Shown: positions 1 to 12,239, counted from the stretch's first letter. The stretch is DNA of 64,000 nt from Chrysemys picta bellii (GCF_011386835.1 NC_088815.1:12338001-12402000), one strand, 5' to 3'. The notes: generated by a model not told the origin, from the letters alone. Translations and numbers: made by a program.

Positions 1-929
1 TCTCTTGGTTGGCCAGAAATACTTCCGGCCACATGGTGTGTACATCCCACCTTGCTCACTACTGCCCCCTGCGGGCAGTGCTGGAAGCTGTCTTCCCATA
101 AACTGGTCACCTTGCATCTTGCAAAAGTGTCCCCCCACTCTCTCTGTCCCCTGGGAGTAATTGCCACCCCTCTGCCCCTTCCCCCATAGCCCGCTGCCCC
201 CCCGGCCCAGGCTCTGCTAACCTGTCTCTCCTTCCCCGTCAGCACTGATTGCCAGGATTGCTATGTATATAGCAATGTTATCCTGTCCCCCAGCTTATTC
301 TCAGCTGAGCCTTCTGCCCACGTAGGAAGCCAGCATCTGTCCCATCCTTTTGCTGCCACGGGCGCTGGCTGCTGCTTGCCCGGGAGCTACGGCTGATTTC
401 TTCTGCTCAACGATCTCGCTCGTATCTTACCCAAACTCAAAGAACCTGCCCTAGTGCTTTGGAGTCTAAACTGAGTGGGGGCATGGCAGGGAGTTTAAAA
501 TCTCCTTCCTTGTACGTGCTTGGATCATGGGACAGAGAGGTGGGGGCAAGCATGTTCATGGTTCTCTTAATTTCCTGCTGCTGACTTGCATTAAAGGGTA
601 ACTCCTTCCCCATGGAGACAAGTGCCGGGGTGCCCATGAGACAACTTGGCTGGACGATGGGATCCATGCTAAAGAAAAGCTGTGGAGGCCCTGTTAGAAG
701 TGGTGACACCTTGCTTTGAAGGCGGCAGCTGCTGGCTGCTGCGGGGGGTGGGGACATGGGACTCCTTTGTTCCTAGGAAGACAGGCGGTAGCTCAGGCAA
801 GGTGCTTATGATAGCTGTAACTCCAGCAAAATATGTCTCAGCTTCTCCTGGGATGGGCATGAGGACAAGGGGAAGGGATCAGAGGCTGGTCCAAGGGAGA
901 AAAGGGGCCCCCCTTGCTGTCAGCCAGCG

Positions 930-1100
930 TGGCCCAAGGGCTAGGGCACTGAATTGGGACTTGGGAGACCTGCGTTTTAGTCCTGCCTCTGGCCAGCTGT
1001 GTGACTTTGTTCAAGTCACGGCCCTGCTCTGCCTCAGTTTCCCCATCTGTAAAAGATTGTAGAGCACTGTGGGGTGGATAGATGAAAAGCATCGTTGTTA
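930..1100 (+). mobile_element. MIR/CORE-like SINE
   Basis: Core motif tgtgacttt...caagtcac...ctctgcctcagtttccccatctgtaaaa. Confidence 0.75.
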
Positions 1101-1745
1101 TGGGGCGGGTTGGAATTTCTTTGCCTTGGGGGCTTTACGTGGGCATGAAAGGGGAATGTTAATGAGGAATGAAGGGCTGACTGGAAAAAAGCCTGAGCAG
1201 CGGTGGGGGTGGGGCGGCTGGGGAGGAATTTATTGCACGCTGGAGCAGCAGGGAGAGCATGTCATTTATTTCCATTAGGGGCTTTCGGTCATGACTTGCA
1301 TATCTCAGCCAGATGGATGGCTGCTGCGCAGGGATGGGGGAGCCAGCGGAGAGGGAACGGTTGGAAACTGAAACATCAGCGTCTCTTAAGGGCCTGGTGG
1401 CAGCCGATTTGGCGTCCCTTCTTGCAGGGAATAATTTACAACGGGGTGGATCCTGCTAGGGAATGTTTCCAAAGCACCCGATTTCCCCACCCCTGTAGTT
1501 GGGAGCGACGGTGAGGGGGGGGAAGATATTTCCCTGGTTCTACCCAGATTTCCAATGCAGGGAAAAGGCTGAACAGGCAGAACCGTTGCTCTGTGGCTGC
1601 GGTGGTTTTAGCAGAACTCCCCGGTTGCTGTTGGATTGACTCCTCTACGTTCTCCCCGCACCCGCCGTGCTCTCCGTGCTAGCCCTGAATGCTGCCGCGT
1701 CCTGTCATTCTTGTACGCTTCAGAAGGGGACACCCTCTCTGACCC

Positions 1746-2352
1746 AGTCGCCCCACTGCAAAAATATATTTTAGAACTGGAAAAAGTACAGAGAAGGGCA
1801 GCAAAAATGAATAGGGGTATGGAACAGCTTCCATATGGGGGGAGATTAAAAAAACTGGGACTGTTCGGCTTAGAAAAGGGATGACTGAGGGGGGATAGGG
1901 CAGAGGTCTCTAAAATCACGAGTGGTTTGGTGAAAGTGAATGAGGACGTGTTATTTATCCCTTCCGGTAACACAAGAACCAGGGATCACCCAATAAAATT
2001 AACAGGCAGCAAGTTTAAAACAAACATAAGGCAGTACTTTGTGCAACGCGGTCCACCCGCAGAACTCATTGCCAGGGGATGTTGTGAAGGTTCAAAAAAG
2101 AACTAGAGAAGTTCCTGGAGGATAGGCCCATCAATGGCTATTAGCTAAGATGGCCAGGGATGCAAGCCCATGCACTGGGTGTCCCTAAACCTCTGACTGC
2201 TAGAAGCTGGGACTGGACAAAGGGGATGCATCACTCAACAATTGCCCTCTTCTGTTTATTCCCTCTGAAGCATTGGGCACAGGCCAGCGTTGGACGATAG
2301 GATACTAGGTTAGATGGACCATTGGTCTGACCCGGTCTGGCCGTTCTTATGT
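1746..2352 (+). mobile_element. CR1 LINE, 5'-truncated 3' end (RT C-terminus + 3'UTR)
   Basis: Encodes ...ILELEKVQRRAAKMNRGMEQLPYGGRLKKLGLFGLEK (CR1 ORF2 C-terminal motif); ends in the CR1 tail ...gaccattggtctgaccc...gttcttatgt. Confidence 0.92.
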
Positions 2353-3499
2353 AGTACTCCTACTCCAGTGTCTATGCACCGACCCTGGGAGCGCCGCCTG
2401 CATATCTTGTGTGGGACAGGAGCAGTTCAATGATGATCGCAGCCTCCCCGAGGGGAGTGCCTATTATGCACCCCCCCCCCATCCATTGCTCCCCTGTGCA
2501 GCTGAGTGTGATGTTGGCTGACTGGCGCTCCTTTCCCGTAATGAGGTGTGGAGCAGGGAGGGCTGGGAGGCTGTCTGGGAATGCTGTTCTCAGGACCCTG
2601 CTCTCCCTTGAAAACTTCCTCCCCAGTGGCAGCCCTTCCACCCGTGCGTGGCTGAGGCTTTTCATAGTAACTCCACAGGGCAAATTCCTACTTCATCCGC
2701 CGGCCAGCGCAGCCCTGCTCCAAAAGGCCCAAGCAACGGGGCCTCTGCGTTCTTGGGGGTAGCAAAACATGGTGCTGGCTGGTGTGTTTGGGAAGGCCAG
2801 GTGTGCGGTGCGGTGGCACAGCAAGGCCAGGTTAGGGTGTTAACCAGTATCTGTGTCCCCAGGCACCTTTGGGTAGCTCTGAAGGAGTTTTCTGGCACTC
2901 CCTCCTCCAAAGGGAATGCTGGGCTCTGCTATTCCATGGGCCATTGGCTTCTTTAATGATTAACCTCTGCTTCGTTAATTGTTCCATCCACGTAGCCTTG
3001 CTGCCTTGTTTCCAGCCCTGGAAAATACTGCTTCCCCCCTTTCCACCCACACACCCCACCCTGTCCACACAGCAGGGGACAGAGATAAACCTTCACAGAA
3101 GGCCTCTGTTCCTGGGAACCGGTGGTGGAGTGGAGCCCAGTGGAAAATCCCAGGCGGTGTTTGAAAGGCCCTGCAAAGCAGGGACGGAGAGGGAAGCTCG
3201 TCACCTGGACACACTGCGTGTGTGTCTGCCTGCGATCGTTTTAATACGAGGCTCTGAACGCCATGCTCTCGGTTTTCCATTCCCATGGATTCTTGGTTCT
3301 GGTCACTGGATTTCCCTTGGTGTTGGTTTTTCTCCATGCCCATAGGTGGCGCTGGAGCTGTAGTGTTTCAAGGCCGCAGGCTGGTAGCCTGTCAGCAGTT
3401 AAGCTGCTAAAGTGAGGAGATTGTGGGTTTTTTCCTTCTTTTCCCCACCCTTCCTGCTGGATTTTGTCGGTGGCATGTGTGTGTGGGGGGGCGGGGAGG

Positions 3500-3700
3500 G
3501 GGGAAGCGCCATTGCCAAAGCGACTTGCACTTGTAGAATGCCTTTTGGCCAATGATCTCAACACCTTGGAAACCCTCTGGGTTGGGGTGATTATCCAGTT
3601 GGGGAAACTGAGGCAGAGATTGGTGATGGGACATGTCCAAGGCTACATGCTGAGGCAGAGGTGGGGATAGAACCCAGGAGTCCTGGCTTCCCTGCTGTAA
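3500..3700 (-). mobile_element. MIR/CORE-like SINE
   Basis: ggggaaactgaggcagag...gaacccaggagtcctg (reverse-complement core and head). Confidence 0.7.
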
Positions 3701-4742
3701 TCACCATGCCTCTCCTGGGCACTGGGGCTCTCCCACTAGGGGATGGTGCAGGTCAAGACTGAGGGGCATCACCCCGTTTCTGATGCATGGGCTTTAGGAT
3801 GCATCCATGCCAAAGCAGGAGGTTGCCATGCAAGGAGCTGGTGATATCGAATTGGGGTTTGGAGGTATCCTGCCAGCTGTTACTTTGGGGATGCTGGACA
3901 GATGCATGAACATCTGGATCAGGGGTGGGGGTGGCTCTGGAGAGGCAGGAGGCGCTGTAGGGCAGGACTGAGGTGCACCAGAAGAGCAGAGGCACTGCAG
4001 GGATGCCCGGGGTAGCACCAGACAGAAGATCTGAACTGCCAGAGTCGTGTAGCGAGGGGGTGCGGGGAAAGCCTGCAAGAGCCGGGCTGGTTGTGGATCA
4101 GGGTTAAGGAGCCTTTTGCAGTAGCTCGTGATCTCATTGCCTGGAATTTGGAGCAAGCCCCAGGGGAAGGGGGCTCGGCTGGGTCCCGGAGCAGAAGCGC
4201 GGGAGTTTTCTGGAGCAGTGCTGCGGGGCGTCGGTAGGGGTGCAAAGCAAGCTAGGCATGGACTGGTAGAGGGATGCCGTTGGCGAGGACAGGAGCCCAG
4301 GGCTAGAATAGCTGCAGGGGGATACGGCTCAGGATTGAGGGTCATCAGCAGAGCTGTAAGTGGGAGCCCAGGGGAGCTTGGCCCACGGTGGCGGTGCCCT
4401 GGCTGGGTACGTCAGGGGTGTGTTGTGAGGAGCGGGTGAGGCTCTGGTAGCGGTTGGCTGCTCCGTGCCTTGCTGGCATGGGAGCAAAGGAGTGGGAACC
4501 AACAAACACCCAGAGATTATCCCTCCTCAGAGGAGGGAGAGGTGGCAGGGCAGAGAGACGCTGCATGGCCTGCGCCCGCAGGGGCCCAGCGGTCTGCCCA
4601 GGGCCGGAGGGAGGGACGCGCGGAGGAAATGGCTGCCGGCCGGGCTTGACTGCCTGCCACAAAGCCCGAGCGGAATGAGATGGCAGCCGGCCAGGTTCCC
4701 ACGGAGGCCCCGGTTAAGAAAACACACGCAGAGCTGATGGCG

Positions 4743-4756
4743 GTTGCCATGGCAAC
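4743..4756. promoter_or_regulatory. Perfect palindromic RFX X-box GTTGCCATGGCAAC
   Basis: 14/14 palindromic match within a CpG-rich patch (~4540-4830). Confidence 0.6.
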
Positions 4757-7399
4757 TGGCCGGCTGCCACGCCACGGCGGGAGCCACGGGGGAGCTGGTC
4801 GGCCCCAGGTGCGCCCAGCGGCAGGTTTCACCAGCGTGGATTTCACAAAGTGGGGGGTGGGCGGGAGGGGGGACAGACTGAGCGCTGGGGAGCTGCACCC
4901 CAGTGATGAGGCTGCATGTGCCCATCTGCCCGCTGGGGTGCTGGTGGCTCTGATCTGTGGCTCCACTCCCGTTGGGGAAGGTCAAATAGTGAAGTGAGCA
5001 GGAAGGGCGCAGCTTCCACCTGGAGCAAAGAATCTCCAGGAGGCGGCTGCTCCGGCGCCGCCCTCCGCTCTGATCTCCAGGTGCGTTGCCCTTGGTAAAG
5101 CTGGGAGGTTCCCAGGCAGCTACTGGGAGGGGAAACTGAGACACCAAGCCCTTTAAAGCTAGGAGTCAGAACCAGGAATAGAACCCAGGAGTCCTGGCAC
5201 CCGGTCCCCCCAGCTCAACGGCTTCATCCTCTCTAATGCTCTCCTCCCCTCCTCATGCCCTCCCTGCAGCATCCCCTGCTCCCCCCATCCCTGCTCGGTC
5301 CTGCCCTGCAGGGTCCCTGCCTTCTCCCCCCAGAGCAGGGCGGCTGGGCAGGTTCTGCGCTCTCTCCTGGGCCGTGGAGCAGGGGAAGCGGCAGTTGTTT
5401 CGTGGGTGGTGGCTGGGCGGTTGGCTGCTGGTGCTGTGTGAAAGCTGATGCCAGGCTGGGGTGCCAGGCAGGGGGGGAGCCTCAGGAATGCCCCCGAAAT
5501 AAGCACCGGGAGAGGGGCCACACGGCTCTTTCTTCCTGGCTTCCTAAAAGCCCTTGCGCAGAGTAACAGTTTCCTGTGGGCTGGGTATAAATAGAGGGCT
5601 GGAGGCCTGGGGCAGTGCTGAGATCGCACAGGCTTGCGCCTGCTCTCTGTCCTCACCCCCGGGCCCTTCCTTGCTCCCCTTCCCCTTGTGGGGACCTGAA
5701 TGAGGTAATTGGGTGGGCTGGGCCCTGAGCGGCTGGGACCTACCAGAGTCGAGGCCAGCAGCAGGCAGCACTAAGACCCACAGAAGCCTTGAATGGCACC
5801 TGGGGTCGCCTGCCAAGCTGAGCTGTGGGGAGGGGAACGGCTTGACCCCACTGTGGGGAGGGTGTTGGAGGGGGGTGCCATTCCCTGGCCAGGTATCTCA
5901 TAGGATGTGATATGGGGGGCTCTGCCCTGTGGGAAGGGGTCCCTTCTATGGGGCTTGGCACATATTGTGGGGCATTGTGCTGTTGTAACCCACATGCCCT
6001 TTGCTGTACTTTTGGAGAGGGGTGGCCCCTTGGGGGGGGGTAGCTCCCACCAGCTGCCCCCTAGAGCTGGCAAGGCTGCCTCTCCTGGTGCCGGGGGTGA
6101 AATCGCTCCCTGATGCCATCTTACCTCTCTCTTCTTCTCCCCCCACCCCCCCATTAGCTTCCTCAGTGCCCGTGTTGGTCTGCCCCGGCTCTGCCGCCCC
6201 CTCCCCTCCCCGGGCAGAGTGGAGCAGCTGCTCTGGGGTGTTCTGGCTAATGACAGGGTGTGCCTGCTTTGGGGGTGGAGCGGATAAACTCACGCTGCTG
6301 CCACCCAGCGAGACAGCCGGAGCGGCAGCTGGGGCTGGGTTCTACACCGCAGCCTCGCTGGCCACACCCGCGCGGGCTGGGGCAGGGTGATGCGCCAGCT
6401 CCAGCTCCAGCGCCCCGGGCCCAGCTCCACTCCTGTCCCATTGACAACCAGGCTCCCACCGCTCAGATACCCACCCCCAGACAGGCAGCTGCATGGAAAG
6501 GGCTTCCTGTGCTCTCCTGCCAGGGGGGCATGAAGCTGGGCAGAGAGTCCCCTGTGCTGCACCTGGCCGTGAGGGGAGGAGCTGGATTTGTGTGTGCAGC
6601 ACCTGGCGGGGTTGTGGGCACCCAGGCCGTATGCACCTGGTGTGTTGGGTGAGGGGTGCCCCTTGCCCCAGGCGGGGGCTCTAAAAGCCCCCGTGTGGCC
6701 GGGAACCTGCCTGTGTTCTGGAACCAGTGTCTAGAGAAGGCGGCTTGGTTGGTTTGGGGGCCCAGGGGGAGCTGTTGTGACCAGGCCTGATGGGCTCTGG
6801 GCTGGACCCGGTTCCAGGAAGGGAGGGGGTGGTTTCTGGGTGTGCCGGGATTAGTTCGTTCTGTGCTCTCTGCAAGCTGCCCTACCTATTCCCGTCCCCC
6901 ACCCCTGTGGCTTCCCCCCCCCTTGTCTCCCCCTTCCATCTCTGATTCCTAGAGGCACATCCTGTCTTGCCAGAGGGGCTGTGGCCCCGAGCCCCCAGGT
7001 GAACCCTGGCTGGCTGCTAGCAAAGGGACTGATGACTCACACGGGTTCCTGATGAAAAAACCCAACTCCATCTGAGAGGGGAGCAGCCAGGCCAAAGGGG
7101 CGGGTGGCGGGTGTTTTACCAGGGTAGCTGCGTGCTTGTCGTCTGCCTGCAAAGGATGAGTGTTTCTATGGATGTTTATGCACTAATATGTAGGGATGCC
7201 ATCACACAGGAGTGTATTAGTGTGTGTCTGCATCTGTGTGACTAGGTCAGGGAGAGGTCTGCTGTGTGTGAGGAGGGTAGGTTGGGCCTGGAAGCTTTTC
7301 TGAGTGGGCACCCACCTACACAGGCTGATCTAGGCACACTGCTCCGGTCACACACACACACGCACGCATGTAGCTGTGCACTTGTAAGTAGGTACAGTC

Positions 7400-8300
7400 T
7401 GTGCATGGCAGGGTGTGTGGGTCCAGGGGGTGCATGGCAGGGTGCATGGGGTGTGTGTGGGTCTAGGGGGGGCATGGCAGGGGGCATGGCGGGGTGCATG
7501 GGGTGCGTGTGGGTCCAGGGGGTGCATGGCAGGGGGCATGGGGTGTGTGTGGGTCTAGGGGGTGCATGGCAGGGGGCATGGCGGGGTGCATGGGGTGTGT
7601 GTGGGTCCAGGGGGGGCATGACAGGGTATATGGGGTGTATGTCGGTCTAGTGGGTGCATGGCAGGGTGCATGAGGTGTGTGTGGGTCCAGGGGGTGCATG
7701 GCAGGGTGCATGAGGTGTGTGTGGGTCCAGGGGGTGCATGGCAGGGTGCATGGGGTGTGTGTGGGTCTAGGGGGGTGCATGGCAGGGTGCATGGGGTGTG
7801 TGTGGGTCTAGGGGGGTGCATGGCAGGGGGCATGGGGTGTGTGTGGGTCCAGGGGGTGCATGGCAGGGTGCATGGGGTGTGTGTGGGTCTAGGGGGTGCA
7901 TGGCAGGGGGCATGGCGGGGTGCATGGGGTGTGTGTGGGTCCAGGGGGGGCATGACAGGGTATATGGGGTGTATGTCGGTCTAGTGGGTGCATGGCAGGG
8001 TGCATGAGGTGTGTGTGGGTCCAGGGGGTGCATGGCAGGGTGCATGGGGTGTGTGTGGGTCTAGGGGGGTGCATGGCAGGGGGCATGGCGGGGTGCATGG
8101 GGTGTGTGTGGGTCCAGGGGGTGCATGGCAGGGTGCATGAGGTGTATGTCGGTCTAGTGGGTGCATGGCAGGGTGCATGAGGTGTGTGTGGGTCCAGGGG
8201 GTGCATGGCAGGGTGCATGGGGTGCGTGTGGGTCCAGGGGGTGCATGGGGTGTGTATGGGTCCAGGGGGTGCAAGGCAGGGTATATGGGGTGTGTGGTGG
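7400..8300. repeat. G-rich minisatellite (GGGTGCATGGCAGGGTGCATGGGGTGTGTGTGGGTCCAG-type, ~40 bp) with higher-order repeat
   Basis: About 20 variant units; the variant block acagggtatatggggtgtatgtcggtctagtgg recurs at 7621 and 7955 (period 334). Confidence 0.95.
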
Positions 8301-9078
8301 CCATGGTGTCTCTTCTCCCTCCCTCTCATGATTCCCCGTATGGGAGTGTCTCCCCTCCCTGCACCTGGCTGACTCCTATGGGAATATCCCTCAGGCCAGG
8401 GCAGCACTGATGGCAGCGGGGCTGGGGAAGGCTGGCAGCAGGGTTAAAGCACCAGCACAATATTGGGGCAGGGCGATGCTGGCACAGCAGGCACTGCCCA
8501 GGCAGGCACACAACTCCCACGGCTGTGCCATGGGGCGTCAGATCTGCTGCACCTGCCCCGTCCTTCCGTCCCTCCCTCCTGCTCCGCTCGCCCGCCCCAG
8601 CGCTGCTTGTCCATGCAGGTTGGGAGCTCCCGGGCCTATGTCAGGTTGGGACCGGCTCCTCCTGCACCTTCCAGCCCTGCCGAGGGCGGGGGTGGAAATG
8701 ACAGAGGCTGCTCCCCTCCGGGGTGGGGCCGCCTGCTCCCTAGGGGCCTTTCTGGATGGATTTTTCCAGGTCCTTTAAATCTCAGTGATTTAGTCACATT
8801 CTTGGTGGGGTCAGGAACCTCCTCTCACACCCACAGCCAACTCTCTCCTCCCAGAGCAGGGCTTTTCCTCTGCGAGCTCTGCCCCGGCTCCGTCGGCCTC
8901 TCGGGGCTGTAGGGTAGCGGGTAGTCGGTTAGCCCATGGGGCAGCGGGGCATGGGCAGGTGTGGGGTGACAACACCCAGGCACCTGCCACGGGGAGGCGA
9001 TAGTTTGTTTCTGGATGGAGCTGCCAAGGGCAGAAAATGCTTGTTGGGCAGCAGGGGGAGAAGTAGAAGAATCTGACC

Positions 9079-9516
9079 TGGTGGCTGGGGGGTTGGGAAT
9101 GGGTTAGGGGCCTTTCCCCTCTAGGGGGTGCTGGCTCCGATCCGGCTTCAGGGTGGGGGACTGGCTGGCATTGGGGGTCAGAGAATGGGCTAAGGGCCTT
9201 TCCCCTCTAGGGGGTGCTGGCTCCGATCCGGCTTCAGGGTGGGGTACTGGCTGGCATTGGGGGTCAGAGAATGGGCTAAGGGCCTTTCCCCTCTAGGCGG
9301 TGCTGGCTCCGATCCGGCCTCAGGGTGGGGGACTGGCTGGCATTGGGGGTCAGAGAATGGGCTAAGGGCCTTTCCCCTCTAGGGGGTGCTGGCTCCGATC
9401 CGGCCTCAGGGTGGGGGACTGGCTGGCATTGGGGGTCAGAGAATGGGCTAGGGGCCTTTCCCCTCTAGGGGGTGCTGGCTCCGATCCGGCCTCAGGGTGG
9501 GGGACTGGCTGGCATG
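9079..9516 (+). repeat. 86-bp tandem array (~5 units), LF-SINE head-like
   Basis: cctttcccctctagg recurs at 9111, 9197, 9283, 9369, 9455 (period 86); units differ by only a few substitutions. Confidence 0.95.
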
Positions 9517-10861
9517 GGGGGGGGCAAGGAATGATCCCAGCCTCTCCCCCTGCCATGGGTCTAGAGGAGGCTCCATGTGGAAGCAGCAGGAAATCAATTA
9601 ACAGGAGGCGGGCGGATGTGGTCGCAGAGGGCGGACGGTGCTCAGTCCCTGCTCCTGGAGAGGTCAGGGCGGACAATGGAGAGGGAGCTTTGGCAGGTCA
9701 GATGCCTGTAGAGCCCCTGCTATGCCAGCCCTGGTGCCCCGGGATATACCAGGCCTGAGGCCTCGGTTTGTCCCCTGGGGTGAGCTCAGCTGTTTCGACG
9801 TTCATGTTGCAGCATGAGCAATGCGCCGGGATGGGACACAACCACAGAGGGATGTGATGGTGGCTGACGGGCCTTGAAAAGAGGCTTTGCCAGGGGCATG
9901 CCAGCTAGGTGCCAGCGGGGGTGTGTGTGTCAGGGCATGGCTCGTGCCACCTCGCCTGGCTGCATTTGCCAGAGCTGGGTGTCCCCCCCCGCGCTGCAGG
10001 GTGGGGGAGAGTTACCCGTGGCCAGCTCTGCTCATCCTTGTGCTTTGTACCAAGCATCTGCGCCCTCTTGGGTTGGGTCGCTTGTTTGCTGGGTGCGTGA
10101 ATGCAGGAGAGAAGCCAGCAAGAAACAGGAGCCTCTGCTCCACCCGGGGCGTGGGGGAAGGGGCAGCATCTGGGCATGGAAACTCAGGCCCCATGAATTA
10201 TTCAGCTGGGAAAGGCTGTGACCCAGGAGAAAGGTGAGGCTGGGGTGCCCGCTGCGGCCACAGGTAACTGATCGCTGGGGAGGGGAAGGGCAGGGCACGG
10301 AGCTGCACCGCTCTTGACACGGCTGGGGTCTGTTTACACGACTCAAGAGCTCACATGCCCGCGGCGGCGTGACTAACCGGCTCCGGAGCCACCCGGGCCC
10401 CAGCTGAGCCCTGGGATTCCTGGCAGGCCCCACCGTGCAGCCAGGGGGAGGGGCTGGAAAAAGGAGAGCGGGACACAGCAATGCAGGCCTGCTGACCCAC
10501 GCCCATCCGCCAGGGTGTTGAAAGGCACTGGAGCGAGGAAGAAGGGGATTTGGCAGGGGAGGGGAGGACAGAGAGGAAGGCAGAGGAGGAGGAGATGACC
10601 TTAGGTCAACATAGCTACAGTGGTCGGGGGTGTGAAAGCCCCCCCACCCCAACCCACAGGCTATGCTGACCTGACCCCCAGTGTCATCGCTTGGGAAGGT
10701 GGTGGTCCTACCCCCCTGGAAAAAAACCTTCTGTTGGCGTTGATAGCGTTCTGGGGTTGGGCTGGCCTACCTACACCAGAGTAACTGTATCCTGTCACCA
10801 TAGTGTAGACCTACCCTCCCTCTTGCTGATGCTCCCAAAACCACTGTCAGTCTGGCTGTCT

Positions 10862-10875
10862 ATTGCCATGGCAAC
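10862..10875. promoter_or_regulatory. Near-perfect RFX X-box ATTGCCATGGCAAC
   Basis: 13/14 match to the palindromic X-box. Confidence 0.35.
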
Positions 10876-11094
10876 ACTGGCAGGAACAGCCAGGATTGCG
10901 TTTGAAACCCGAGCCTAAGAGCTGGGCCAGAAACAATTCCCCGCTTCCCCCAGGGGACATTACAGCCAGTGGAGTGCTTGGTAGCTGCCTGGAATCCAGG
11001 CCTGCAGACACTTAGAGGGCGAAGTTCACAGGCCGCACACGGGGCCGGGCATGAGGGATACAGCGATGCTGCTGACAGGTCCAGGGGAAGCGGG

Positions 11095-11240
11095 AAGACT
11101 GGCTTCGTGGTGAAGGCACTGGGCTGGAACTCAGGGTAAATGGGTTCAGCCTCTGTCTCTCCTTGGACAAGTCATTTCAGCTGCCAGTGTCCCCAGTCCC
11201 CATCTCTAAGATGGGGATAATGTTTGAGGCACTCTTATAT
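11095..11240 (+). mobile_element. MIR/CORE-like SINE
   Basis: Head gtggtgaaggcactgggctgg; core ccttggacaagtca...ccccatctctaagatggggataat. Confidence 0.7.
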
Positions 11241-12239
11241 TGCAGGGTAAGTATGTGGATGGATAGGCAGCTATGACCCCACCATACACACTAACGCACC
11301 TCAGTGCATGCTATCCTCTTCCCTGAGGCTTGTTCCTTCCTGATCCCTCTTTGCAATCAGGGTAAGACCTGAAGCATGAGGATTGGCTGTAATTTGTATC
11401 CTAGCTGGCCTCCCTGGAGATGCCGTTTTTTTTTTTTTTTTTATCTGCACAACCATCTCATCTTGTTTTGAATTTTGCCTCGGTAAGTATCCTGCGGGGC
11501 TGAGTTCCGGGTGTTAATTACACGCTGTGTAGGAAAGAAAGGAACAAGAGGTTCCAGCGTTGTGTTTGCGTTTCCTGGCCCCCGTTGCAAATGACTCGTG
11601 ATCTGTCACCGCACGTGCCTCTTTCGTAATTGCTACTAATGAAATAAACGAAGTCCGTTTCCTGCCGCATCACACCCTGCCCCCGCCCACCCCGGCCGGC
11701 TGGATGGCTGCCAGGCTCAGCAGACCTGTGGCCCAGCTATACTGGTAAACAAGCACGTTAAAAAAGTCACACACGGGGGAGGGGGAGGTGTTTCCCCTCT
11801 CCCATTAACAGATGACACATGTGGCTTTGTGTTCTCCACTCCCTGGTGGGTTAGATTCTTTGTCCCGAATGTAGCTGCATCCTGGAGCTGGATACAAACC
11901 CACGCACCCGTCACATGCTGCGCCGTAACAAATGCCAGGCTCCTGGTGACAACTAGGTGACCGTGCGTGGTGGAAATGAGAATTGATCCGAACTTTAGAC
12001 CATCAGCTCTCTGCAGCGTGTACCATGGTGGGGCCTCCGTCGTCAGTCCCTAGGCACTGCTCTAAATAATAATGATTAATAATCAAAAACTCACCGGCAT
12101 GGAAACTCCTTTGGGAGCATCAAAGACGTTTGGCTATCGTCCCTGCCCCTCCTGTCTCTCTCACATCCTCGGTTCTGGTCCGGGACACTGATGCACCAAG
12201 GGGGCCATTTTTCGTATTGTTTCCAGCCTTGGACCAGAA

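Noticed and set aside
7242-8410. Many His/Pro/Cys-rich and Gly/Val/Cys-rich ORFs on both strands
   Set aside because: Direct translations of the minisatellite.
9079-9516. CRISPR-like regular repeat
   Set aside because: Head-to-tail units with no unique spacers, no cas genes, vertebrate DNA.
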